64,000 nucleotides of DNA from contig JBQPWD010000004.1 in the NCBI GenBank assembly GCA_052246995.1, positions 137,985 to 201,984 on the forward strand, given 5' to 3'. The notes under the pieces are model-generated. The model saw nothing but the letters and a program-made list of their open reading frames with translations, had not been told where the DNA came from and searched no databases. Both the position numbers and the translations under genes were made by a program. This stretch comes from Candidatus Bathyarchaeota archaeon. GTDB taxonomy: Archaea; Thermoproteota; Bathyarchaeia; Hecatellales; Hecatellaceae. Positions 19,253 through 28,072 of the stretch are shown one piece after another. The number at the start of each line of letters is the position of its first letter. The first letter of the stretch is position 1.

Positions 19253-20530
19253 TTGAGTGTTAAAGTTAATTTTGATAAATATTTTGACGATCTTACCCAA
19301 AAATCTTATGAGGCTTTCTTGCAGAGAGCCATTGTCCGTGCAAGAACAGCATACTGGGATAGACGTCGTGTGAACTTTCCAAAGCTTAAGTATGTTGAAA
19401 AATGGTGTGAGGAGCTTAAAGGTATTAGAAGGGTTGCTCTTGACAAGTTTCTAGACTATGTAAAGATGGCTAGAGACTGGATGGAGTCAAGAGATATTAG
19501 AACTCATTGGGCTAAAGATGCGGCTGAAGCAAACAAGATAATTTATGAATTGTTTAGTAGCTGGAGGGCTAAAAAGGTTTTTAAGGTTAAAAGCATTGCA
19601 AGCGAAGAAATTGGAATGAATGAGTATTTAGAGGAACGGGGAATTAAAGCTTGGGAAACTGATGTTGGTGCTGTTATTCTCCAGTTAATGCATGGAAAAG
19701 CTATGCATCCAACAGGTGTTTCTATTGCTGTTGCTAGGGAGGTTGCAAAAGAATATCTTTCCAAGTTTCTTGGGAAAGACCTGCCAGCGGATCCGGCAGC
19801 TTTAACTAAAGCCACTTGTGATTGGGTTAAAAAAGCAGTTCCTGAGGCAGACGCGGTGTTTTCCGGTGCTAATGCTATTGTTGCTGAAACAGGTGAAATC
19901 TGGGTTCTGGAAAATGAAGCTAATGGCAGGCTTGTACTTGCCCAACCAAAGCCCTATGTTTGTTTAGCTGGAATTGAAAAGGTTTATCCGACGAGATATG
20001 CTGCTTTGCTTTACGCATCAATTATGCCTGTCTATGTAACTGGTGCCGCAGCCATAGACAATATAACCATTATTGGCGGTAAAAGTGCATCAAACGATAT
20101 TGAAAGAGTTAGAGTTTCACCAGCAACTGGACATGAAGAAATACATGTTGTCTTCCTTGATAATGGAAGAACAGCAATGCTTAAAGATCCAGACTTCCAG
20201 GTAATGCTTACATGTTTAAAATGTGGTGCATGCTTAATGGATTGTCCAATGTGGAATACTGTTGCAGGATACTTTGGTGAACATGTATACATGGGGGCTT
20301 TTGGGATTGTATGGACAGCATTTACCAGAAGCTTAGAGGATGCAGCACCTCAAGCATATACATGTGTACTTTGTGGTAGATGTAAGGATATGTGCCCAAT
20401 GGGTATAGACCTTCCGAGGTTAATTAAAAGGTTACGTCAAAAACTTGTTGAAAAAGGGATAGTTCCGCAACAGCTTCAGGTAATGTCTGAAAACATATTG
20501 AAGTATGGTTCACCTTACGGCTTAACATAA
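19253..20530 (+). CDS. LUD-domain Fe-S protein (LutB/YkgF-like)
   Basis: 'ETDVG', 'SGANAIVAETG..ENEANGRL', 'GIEK', 'HVVFLDNGR', CLKCGACLMDCP, CVLCGRCKDMCP. Confidence 0.85.
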   Translation: MSVKVNFDKYFDDLTQKSYEAFLQRAIVRARTAYWDRRRVNFPKLKYVEKWCEELKGIRRVALDKFLDYVKMARDWMESRDIRTHWAKDAAEANKIIYELFSSWRAKKVFKVKSIASEEIGMNEYLEERGIKAWETDVGAVILQLMHGKAMHPTGVSIAVAREVAKEYLSKFLGKDLPADPAALTKATCDWVKKAVPEADAVFSGANAIVAETGEIWVLENEANGRLVLAQPKPYVCLAGIEKVYPTRYAALLYASIMPVYVTGAAAIDNITIIGGKSASNDIERVRVSPATGHEEIHVVFLDNGRTAMLKDPDFQVMLTCLKCGACLMDCPMWNTVAGYFGEHVYMGAFGIVWTAFTRSLEDAAPQAYTCVLCGRCKDMCPMGIDLPRLIKRLRQKLVEKGIVPQQLQVMSENILKYGSPYGLT

Positions 20531-20625
20531 AGCTTCCAATTTTCCAACTTTCTTTTTTCTAATAAGAAATTTTCTTTATTGTTATCATTATTTTTTGTTT
20601 AAAGCCAATTGGAAGGTTAAATTTA

Positions 20626-21882
20626 TCAGATGCTTAGCTTTGCTATGGAAAACTCATCTTTAAACATTTCCTCTATTCTTATTAACTCATTCAACTTTGC
20701 TGTTCTTTCTCCGCCTACAACTCCAGTCTTAATTATTGGACAGCTAAAAGCTATTGAAAGGTGGGCTAAGTGCGTGTCAACGGTTTCACCAGACCTGTGA
20801 GATAAAACTGGAATATAGCCTGCAGATTTTGCAAGCTTTACTGTTTCCAACGTATCGGTTAATGTTCCAACCTGGTTAGGTTTAATTATCAAGGAGTTTG
20901 CAGCTTTAAAGTTTACACCAATTTTAAGCCTATCTTTGTTTGTAACAAAAATGTCGTCTCCACATATTAAACAATTTTTTGCCTTTCTTGTAAGTTCAGC
21001 AAAACCTTCAAAATCATCCTCATGAAGAGGATCTTCAACATATACTAGATTAAATCTATCAATAAGCTCCAAAACATACTCTATCTGTTCATCCTTACTT
21101 CTACGCTTACCCTCGCCAACATAGTTGTAACATTTAAGCTTAGAATCCCATAATGATGAAGATGCAACATCTAAGCCAACTCTAACTTCAACACCAGTTT
21201 CACTTCCAACCTCTCTAGTAGCTTCAAAAACAACTTCAAGAGCCTTCTCATTTTTTAGTGGAGGAGCCCATGCACCCTCATCACCCCTGCCACCAGTAAA
21301 TACTGGGACATTTTTTTCTAAAAACTCACCAATTTTTCTATAAACCTTAATGTTTGCGTGGTAAGCCTCAAAAAAAGTTTTGGCACCAACAGGCAAAACA
21401 AGAAATTCCTGAATGTCAGGCGCACCCTTTCCAGCGTGTTTACCGCCACCTACCACGTTTCCAAGCGGAAGAGGAAGAAATGTTTCTTTAAAGCATTTAA
21501 GCGAAGAAAATAAAGGTTGCTTTAAGGTTGAAGACGCGGCTTCAGCTACAGCTAAAGAAACAGCATATGCTGTGTTTCCACCTATAAAGCTAAAATTGCT
21601 TGTACCATCAACCTCATGTAGAGTTTTATCTACAAGTTCTTGGTTGTTCGCATCCAATCCAACAATTTTAGGTTTTATGATGCTGTAAACTCTTTCAACA
21701 GCCTTTTTCACGCTGTCCTCAGGAAAGGCTACAACTTCGTGTATTCCCTTACTTTTTCCAGCTGGAGCAGCTGCCCTACCAAAACCACCTAAAGTTTTAA
21801 CCTCAACTTCTATTGTTTCTTCACCACGACTGTTAAAAATCCTTCTAGCTCTAATGTCGTTTATAATTGTCTGAGAATTCAA
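20626..21882 (-). CDS. eno: enolase
   Basis: 'NSRG', 'GGGKHAG', 'VEDP', 'IKPNQVGT', 'SHRSGET'. Confidence 0.97.
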   Translation of the reverse strand: MNSQTIINDIRARRIFNSRGEETIEVEVKTLGGFGRAAAPAGKSKGIHEVVAFPEDSVKKAVERVYSIIKPKIVGLDANNQELVDKTLHEVDGTSNFSFIGGNTAYAVSLAVAEAASSTLKQPLFSSLKCFKETFLPLPLGNVVGGGKHAGKGAPDIQEFLVLPVGAKTFFEAYHANIKVYRKIGEFLEKNVPVFTGGRGDEGAWAPPLKNEKALEVVFEATREVGSETGVEVRVGLDVASSSLWDSKLKCYNYVGEGKRRSKDEQIEYVLELIDRFNLVYVEDPLHEDDFEGFAELTRKAKNCLICGDDIFVTNKDRLKIGVNFKAANSLIIKPNQVGTLTDTLETVKLAKSAGYIPVLSHRSGETVDTHLAHLSIAFSCPIIKTGVVGGERTAKLNELIRIEEMFKDEFSIAKLSI

Positions 21883-21945
21883 AACTGCCCACCTACATGT
21901 ACTAAGTAAATGATAAAAAATAAGATTTAAGGTAAACGACTATTT

Positions 21946-22164
21946 TTAAACTTCACCAGTTTTACGTATACCACTTGAAAACTTTAAAACTTCATCAATA
22001 ATTTCAACGTGGGATATAAGCATCCTACGACAACAGTATCTTTTAACTCCAAGTTCATCTAAAACTTTTGCTGGGTCCTCTCCAGCCTTAACACGGCTGT
22101 TAAATTCTTCCCACTTATCCCCAACTACAGCACCACAACTAAAACATCTAATAGGGATGATCAA
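21946..22164 (-). CDS. rpoN: RNA polymerase subunit N (Rpo10)
   Basis: 'IPIRCFSCG...RYCCRRM'. Confidence 0.98.
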   Translation of the reverse strand: MIIPIRCFSCGAVVGDKWEEFNSRVKAGEDPAKVLDELGVKRYCCRRMLISHVEIIDEVLKFSSGIRKTGEV

Positions 22165-22418
22165 GATAACCCATTCCTATTTTTAGGTAAGAGTTGAGGA
22201 GAGATATAAACTTAAGGTTTAACCTCAAATTCACGCCAACTTCTTAACAAGTTATATCAAATAGCTCATTAGCTAATTAAAATACAACAATCAAAGAGTA
22301 TTCGCTTGTAACCCTAAAAGCTAGACAGGATATAAGGCTAAATTTGATAACCAGGTTGTAAAGAAACGAAAAAATTATTCTCCTAGATGGTGAAATTTAC
22401 AAAGAAAATTGATAAAAA

Positions 22419-22829
22419 CTACCTATAAGATTTTTGTCTTCTTCTTCTTGCACCAGGTCCGCCAAACTTTTTCATTTCTCTTCTTCGCGGGTCTCCTGTG
22501 ACCATCGACCTGTCATAACTTGTAAACAACTTTTTAAGCCTAGAACTTCTAAACCATTCAACAAGCCCCTTGGCAATACTCATTCTGACAGCTTCAGCTT
22601 GACCCATAAAACCTCCACCTTTAACTTTTACGTCAATATCAACCTGCTTCCACAGGTCTCCACTAAGCAGTAAAGGTTCCATAATTTTCCATCTTACAAT
22701 TTCAGGTGTGCAGACCTCTAGCGGTATCCTGTTTATCGTTATCCTTCCACTTCCAGGCTTAACTACAGCTTTAGCTATTGCTGTCTTTCTTTTACCAACT
22801 GTAACTATTGGAAGCTTTCTAGTGGACAT
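22419..22829 (-). CDS. rps9: 30S ribosomal protein S9
   Basis: 'GKRKTAIA', 'GGGFMGQA', '[17 protein letters not shown]'. Confidence 0.98.
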   Translation of the reverse strand: MSTRKLPIVTVGKRKTAIAKAVVKPGSGRITINRIPLEVCTPEIVRWKIMEPLLLSGDLWKQVDIDVKVKGGGFMGQAEAVRMSIAKGLVEWFRSSRLKKLFTSYDRSMVTGDPRRREMKKFGGPGARRRRQKSYR

Positions 22830-22838
22830 TTTTTACAC

Positions 22839-23291
22839 CTAAACTTCTTTCCAGCCTATCTCCTTTGCAATTAATCCTAAGTGTACATACTTACCTTTAA
22901 GCTTTGAGATTGAAACTTCAGGTATTGTTTCAATTTTTCTACCAGAAACTTCAGGCGGGATGTTGATATAAACTTTTAAACGTTTAAATGCTTCACGTCC
23001 TTTAGCTTTATCCATAGGAAGCATTCCACGTACAACTCTTCTAAGTATGCCATCAGGTCTACGTGGATGAATAGGTCCATATTTTGGGTTAACAACACTA
23101 CCAATTTCAAGGAACTTTTTAAACTCCCTAACTATGCTTCTTTTTTCACCTGAAATTACAGCTTTTTCAGCATTCACTATGGCTATTTTTTCACCATTTA
23201 AAAGCCTTTTGGCAACTATACTTGCAAGTCTACCCATAATTAAGCCTGAGGCGTCTATTATTGTTGCATCATGAGGGATTTTTGAAACCGT
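22839..23291 (-). CDS. rpl13: 50S ribosomal protein L13 (probable non-canonical ACG start at 23291)
   Basis: conserved 'IIDASGLIMGRLAS' extends upstream of the first ATG (23237); 'VRGMLP'; SD GGTGA 7 nt before an in-frame ACG. Confidence 0.95.
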   Translation of the reverse strand, partial: TVSKIPHDATIIDASGLIMGRLASIVAKRLLNGEKIAIVNAEKAVISGEKRSIVREFKKFLEIGSVVNPKYGPIHPRRPDGILRRVVRGMLPMDKAKGREAFKRLKVYINIPPEVSGRKIETIPEVSISKLKGKYVHLGLIAKEIGWKEV

Positions 23292-23305
23292 AAATGCCTC
23301 ACCTC

Positions 23306-23665
23306 TTACGCTATAACCTTGACATGAGAACCTTTAGGGTTAGATTCAACAAGTTCCCTAATAGTTAAACATTTACCTCCAACACTTTCAATTTTTTCCT
23401 TAGCTTTTCTTGAAAAAGCATAAGCTGCAACAGTAACTGGATGGTCAAGTAAACCTGAGCTTAAAGTTTTTCCAGGAACAACCACAACATCATCCTTTTC
23501 AGTATACCTATTTATCCTACTTAGGTTAATAGAAACTCTTCTTCTTTTAGCTTTTTCAAGCAACTCTGCCACGCTTAACCAGACTTTAGCGTTATTTTCT
23601 TTAGCTTTTTTTCTTAAAAACTTTACAAGATTTCTTCTTTCAATGTTTTGAGGTGGAAGCTTCAA
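23306..23665 (-). CDS. rpl18e: 50S ribosomal protein L18e
   Basis: 'INLSRINRY', 'VVVPGK', 'VAAYAFS', 'NPKGS'. Confidence 0.96.
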   Translation of the reverse strand: MKLPPQNIERRNLVKFLRKKAKENNAKVWLSVAELLEKAKRRRVSINLSRINRYTEKDDVVVVPGKTLSSGLLDHPVTVAAYAFSRKAKEKIESVGGKCLTIRELVESNPKGSHVKVIA

Positions 23666-23671
23666 CTAAAC

Positions 23672-24484
23672 CTACCTTAAACTTTTTAACTGCCTTGATA
23701 ATTCTACAGCCTTATTTTTAAGAATTTCTCCAGCCTTAAGAAGAATTTCCTTTACAGGTAAACATCCAGTAGATTCAACAGTAAATATAAATTCATCCTC
23801 TTTCCAAGTAACTTCCAACGCTGAGGGTTGTTTAGGGCAGACTTTAACACATTCACAGCAAAGATTACATAAAAGTAAGTTTAAAACTTTAAGTTTACCA
23901 TCTTCAAGCCCTAAAACATTTTTTGGGCATGCTTCAACACAAACCCCACAACCATCACATTTAGCCGAGTTGATATTTATAACTGGCATGTGTTTGTATG
24001 CACAAACAGAAACAGGTTGCCATTTTGCATGATACTTACCTAGGCCAAGCCTAGCATACACCTCAAGTTTAAGCTTTTGTCCTACTTCAAGTTTAACTAT
24101 TGGAATTTTATCCGAAACAGGATGAATACTAGGATCTTCAAACTTTAAATCTCCAGAGTAAACTGTAACACTTGAACCTGAAGCTTCTACATTAATAGAA
24201 CCTACAACCCTACATTTCATACAGCCCATTTCACTTTTACATTTACACTCCTCAGGTAAAACATATGTTTGTAGGTCCGTTTTTAGCGGCACAAGTCCAA
24301 GTCTATGAGCAATCATTTCATCAGTTAATACAGATGAATTCTCATAAAAGAAGACATCATCTATAGCCATACATGGAAGTTCGCTAATCATTATACGTCT
24401 AAGTGCATTTGCAAATGCTGTAGAGCATCCTGACAAAATAAACCTTACACTATTTTCCGTTAACTCTAAAATTTTAACCTTCAT
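23672..24484 (-). CDS. rpoD: RNA polymerase subunit D (Rpo3) with ferredoxin-like domain
   Basis: 'FANALRRIMI', 'DEMIAHRLGLVP', 'HAKWQP'; CDGCGVCVEAC and CNLCCECVKVC; start taken at MKVKI. Confidence 0.97.
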   Translation of the reverse strand: MKVKILELTENSVRFILSGCSTAFANALRRIMISELPCMAIDDVFFYENSSVLTDEMIAHRLGLVPLKTDLQTYVLPEECKCKSEMGCMKCRVVGSINVEASGSSVTVYSGDLKFEDPSIHPVSDKIPIVKLEVGQKLKLEVYARLGLGKYHAKWQPVSVCAYKHMPVININSAKCDGCGVCVEACPKNVLGLEDGKLKVLNLLLCNLCCECVKVCPKQPSALEVTWKEDEFIFTVESTGCLPVKEILLKAGEILKNKAVELSRQLKSLR

Positions 24485-24553
24485 TATCCCAAACCTAAAA
24501 AGCATCTTTAAAAATGATTTCCAAAGATTAAAAAGTTTTTCTTCTATTATTCA

Positions 24554-25498
24554 CTATAAACGTACAAGTTTTCTTATCAAATTCTGGGTTTCTTCTGGAT
24601 GTTTAACGGTGTTGATGAGGTGAACGTTAACTCTTTTAAAAAGTTCATAAAAGAAGCTGTTACGAAGTTTACGTTTAAAGTCATTTTTTACAAGTAAATG
24701 TGGGTTAAAATAGTTTTGAGATTCAACATAGTTTAAAGCTTCCTCTAAACCTAAAACCCTATGAATACTATTGTCTAAGGTGTCACGCTTAAGAATAAAA
24801 ATATCTTTTAAGGTTGTAACAGGGATAATTCGACCCTTACCAATAACCCATCTAAGGTCCACTATTGCTCTACCTTGATTATCAAGCTCTGCTTTTTCTA
24901 CAAGGTCTTTAAACTCGCCCCAGGTTTTTGCTAAATCAGCTCTAATGTAAAAGTTTTTTTCTGAACTGTAGGCTAAAGCATCCTTACCAAATATTCTTAC
25001 AAAAAACCAGTCATCCGAGACAACACGTACATCCCCAACTCTTAGTAAACCATAAGCATGCGTAGTTTTCCCCGATCCGCTTGTGCCCATAAAACAGAGA
25101 CCTCGACCATCATAATCCAAGCAGGCACCATGAACAGAGTAAATATCATGTTCATCTTCAAGAACGTCACCAGCCACACTTAAAGCTATGGATTTAATCC
25201 AACCGTAATATTCAAAGTTTATCAGAAAAGCTGTTTTAGATTGAGGGTCATAGTAAACTTCAGTAGGCTTACTTTTATCTTCAGTAACAATTAAACGTCC
25301 ATGAGAACGAATGTTTGCAGACATTGCATAAAAGTTTTCCTCCCACCTTTCCTTAACTTTTCTATCGTTTGTTAAAAGCTTAATACAACACCCATAGATA
25401 TCAGATTTAACCTCGTACAGGAAACTTCTACCGTATCTATCCATCAACTTTTCCTTGTCTTCAATACTTATAAGTTGTATAGGATAAGCTTGAGACAT
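24554..25498 (-). CDS. HPr kinase/PEPCK-like P-loop protein
   Basis: 'VHGAC', Walker A GTSGSGKTT, 'VSDDW'; GGTG SD upstream. Confidence 0.75.
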   Translation of the reverse strand: MSQAYPIQLISIEDKEKLMDRYGRSFLYEVKSDIYGCCIKLLTNDRKVKERWEENFYAMSANIRSHGRLIVTEDKSKPTEVYYDPQSKTAFLINFEYYGWIKSIALSVAGDVLEDEHDIYSVHGACLDYDGRGLCFMGTSGSGKTTHAYGLLRVGDVRVVSDDWFFVRIFGKDALAYSSEKNFYIRADLAKTWGEFKDLVEKAELDNQGRAIVDLRWVIGKGRIIPVTTLKDIFILKRDTLDNSIHRVLGLEEALNYVESQNYFNPHLLVKNDFKRKLRNSFFYELFKRVNVHLINTVKHPEETQNLIRKLVRL

Positions 25499-25541
25499 AA
25501 AAACACCAGTTCCAGCTTTAGAAGGTGGAGTTGAAAGTTAA

Positions 25542-25949
25542 CTAAACTCTACGTCCCCTACGACCACCAGGTCTTCGGGTAGTATCATGGGGAATTGGGG
25601 TAACATCTTCAATCTTACCAATCTTTAAACCTGACCTTGCAAGAGCTCTAATGGCAGGTTGAGCTCCTGGGCCAGGTGTTTTATGAAAATGTCCTCCTGG
25701 AGCCCTAACCTTAATATGTACACCAACAATACCCTTATCTTTTGCTATCTGTGCAGCTTTTGATGCAGCTTGCATTGCCGCATAGGGGGATGATTCAAGC
25801 CTATCAGCTTTAACAACCTGTCCACCTGAAGAAAGTGCTATTGTTTCAGCTCCGGATAGGTCTGTTATATGAACTATCGTATTGTTAAATGAACTGTAGA
25901 TATGAGCTACCCCCCATTTTTCAAGTTTTGAGCTACCACCACTACTCAA
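25542..25949 (-). CDS. rps11: 30S ribosomal protein S11
   Basis: '[10 protein letters not shown]', '[19 protein letters not shown]'. Confidence 0.98.
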   Translation of the reverse strand: MSSGGSSKLEKWGVAHIYSSFNNTIVHITDLSGAETIALSSGGQVVKADRLESSPYAAMQAASKAAQIAKDKGIVGVHIKVRAPGGHFHKTPGPGAQPAIRALARSGLKIGKIEDVTPIPHDTTRRPGGRRGRRV

Positions 25950-25967
25950 AATAATATTTCACCTCTA

Positions 25968-26498
25968 TTAGCTTCCTGCAGAAGTTAAGAGTAGTCGTAA
26001 TGGATGATTACTATCATTTAAAGGACTGTCAAGACTGTAAGATATTTGCGATTCCTCACCACGCTGAACAAGGTAGCCTGGTGAAGTCATTCTTCTACCT
26101 CCAACTGATATATGTCCATGTGTTATAAGCTGCCTTGCTTGAGTGGGAGTTTTTGCTAAACCAAGCCGGTAGACAAATGTTTGAAGTCTACGCTCAAGTA
26201 TATCTTCAACCTTTAAATCTAAAATATCAAGACACGTTGCCTCCTTTTCAACCAAACCAAGTCTGTAAAGCTTTGAAACAAGTTCAGATTCAAGTTTTAC
26301 TCTTTCTTCCAGAGGTTTGCCTACAAGGTTTCGGGCAAGATGCCTATACTTACTTAACATTGTTTTTGCCATCCAAAGCTCCCTCTTATTTCTTAGCCCA
26401 TAAAGACCAATAAGTTTAAGCTCTTCAGCTAAGACATCAACCTGCCATGGATGCCTAGGTGTTTTATACTTTTTTCTCTGCCTTTTAGGGTCACCCAA
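25968..26498 (-). CDS. rps4: 30S ribosomal protein S4
   Basis: 'GDPKRQRKKYKTPRHPW', 'LERRLQT', 'ARQLITHGHI'; start at TTG 26498. Confidence 0.97.
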   Translation of the reverse strand: MGDPKRQRKKYKTPRHPWQVDVLAEELKLIGLYGLRNKRELWMAKTMLSKYRHLARNLVGKPLEERVKLESELVSKLYRLGLVEKEATCLDILDLKVEDILERRLQTFVYRLGLAKTPTQARQLITHGHISVGGRRMTSPGYLVQRGEESQISYSLDSPLNDSNHPLRLLLTSAGS

Positions 26499-26521
26499 GT
26501 TTTTAACCTCCAATCTTTATT

Positions 26522-26977
26522 TTATGCTGTTCTTTTTCTACGCACACCAACGGTTGTTCCCTTTCTTCCAGTTGTTCTTGTTCTTTGACCCCTAACCTTT
26601 AAACCTAAACTATGACGTATACCACGCCAACATTTAATAGATTTTAAGAAATCTATATCCATCTTCCACCTTATAGCTAGGTCTGAGCCATGTAAGTGCC
26701 TATTCAAACCTGTTTCAAAGTCTTTTTGACGGTTAAAAAGGAAGCTAGGTATTCCAAGTTTTTCAGGCTTATTAACAGCTTCTTCAATTTTTTTAACATC
26801 ATCATCTGTAAGTAAGCCAACTCTCATATTTGGGTCGAAACCTAAAGCTTTAGCAATAATGTAGGCAAAATTTATTCCAACACCGGCAATCTTAGCTAAC
26901 CCATACATAATCTTTTTTGACCCGTCAATATCAGTTCCGCAAATACGAACTATATGCCTGAAGCCCTCTGAAGCCAT
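26522..26977 (-). CDS. rps13: 30S ribosomal protein S13
   Basis: 'FRHIVRI', 'RGIRHSLGLKVRGQRTRTTGR'; start at ATG 26977. Confidence 0.98.
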   Translation of the reverse strand: MASEGFRHIVRICGTDIDGSKKIMYGLAKIAGVGINFAYIIAKALGFDPNMRVGLLTDDDVKKIEEAVNKPEKLGIPSFLFNRQKDFETGLNRHLHGSDLAIRWKMDIDFLKSIKCWRGIRHSLGLKVRGQRTRTTGRKGTTVGVRRKRTA

Positions 26978-27205
26978 AAACCCTAAGCCACCAGTAAAAT
27001 CTGAAAAAACTCGCAATATTTTAAACTTTTCCCTTTTGGCTTGATTACTAATGTGAAAGTGTTATAACACAAACATCAACAAATGAATATTTATGATAAA
27101 AAATACCCTAGCGTTAAACTTTTAAACATTCCAATGCCCATTAATTAAAGTAAAGTATTGTAGACGTACATAACTGTGGTTTAGAACTTTTTAGGTTAAA
27201 AGGGG

Positions 27206-28072
27206 TTGAGGTGTAATGACCCGCCAATTTTAAAAATTGGTAGGAAAGTTAAGGTTGCATACCTTGGACCAAAGGGTACATTCAGTGAAATAGCAGCTAA
27301 ACACTACTTTTCAAATGTAAGTAGTGCAGAATATATTGAAGTTCAAACAATACCTGATGTTTTTAGGCTTGTTGAAGATGGTAAGGTAAATTATGGTGTT
27401 GTCCCAGCTGAAAATTCCATTGAAGGGTCAGTAAATATAACTTTAGATATGCTCTATAGTTCATCAAAAGCTAAAATTACAGGAGAAGTCATAGAAAACA
27501 TTCAACATAACCTTATAGCCAAGTCAAGGATAAAAATAAAAAATTTGAAGGTCATTCTGTCTCATCCACATGCCTTAGCTCAATGTAGAAGGTTCATAGC
27601 TAAAAATTTTCCAAACGTCAAACTTTTAGAGGTTGAAAGTACCGCTCAAGCTGTTAAAAAGCTTAAAAACATAAGTAATGCTGCAGCAATAGCTTCAGAG
27701 TATGCTGCAAAAATCTACGGAATGAAAGTTGTGGCTAGAAACATAGGAGATTACACTGTCAACTATACAAGGTTTCTTGTTTTGAGCAGGAAAGATAGCA
27801 AACCTACGGGAAGGGATAAAACATTTTTAATCTTCTCGTTAAAAGATAAACCTGGCGCATTATTTAACTTTCTAAAGCCGTTTGCAAACAGGGGTATAAA
27901 CTTAACAAAAATAGAGTCAAGACCATCCAAAGTTAAACCTTGGGAATATATTTTCTTTATGGAGCTTGAGGGACATAGAAAAAATAAAAAATGTATAGAA
28001 GCTTTAAGAGAAGCTAAAGATTTATGCGAAAACCTAAAAATTTTAGGTTCGTATCCGGCTTTTAAAAATTAA
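27206..28072 (+). CDS. pheA: prephenate dehydratase (with ACT domain)
   Basis: 'AYLGPKGTFS', 'ENSIEG', 'SHPHALAQC', 'NYTRF', 'NLTKIESRP'. Confidence 0.96.
   Translation: MRCNDPPILKIGRKVKVAYLGPKGTFSEIAAKHYFSNVSSAEYIEVQTIPDVFRLVEDGKVNYGVVPAENSIEGSVNITLDMLYSSSKAKITGEVIENIQHNLIAKSRIKIKNLKVILSHPHALAQCRRFIAKNFPNVKLLEVESTAQAVKKLKNISNAAAIASEYAAKIYGMKVVARNIGDYTVNYTRFLVLSRKDSKPTGRDKTFLIFSLKDKPGALFNFLKPFANRGINLTKIESRPSKVKPWEYIFFMELEGHRKNKKCIEALREAKDLCENLKILGSYPAFKN

Noticed and set aside
22165-22418. Possible RNA gene between rps9 and rpoN
   Set aside because: AT-rich, with no cloverleaf or C/D box pair seen; a TATA-like element suggests only an rpoN promoter.
28069-28072. Overlapping stop codons of convergent pheA/tyrA (also MEMO/fni at 45937-45940)
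   Set aside because: A common feature of compact genomes; no further signal.
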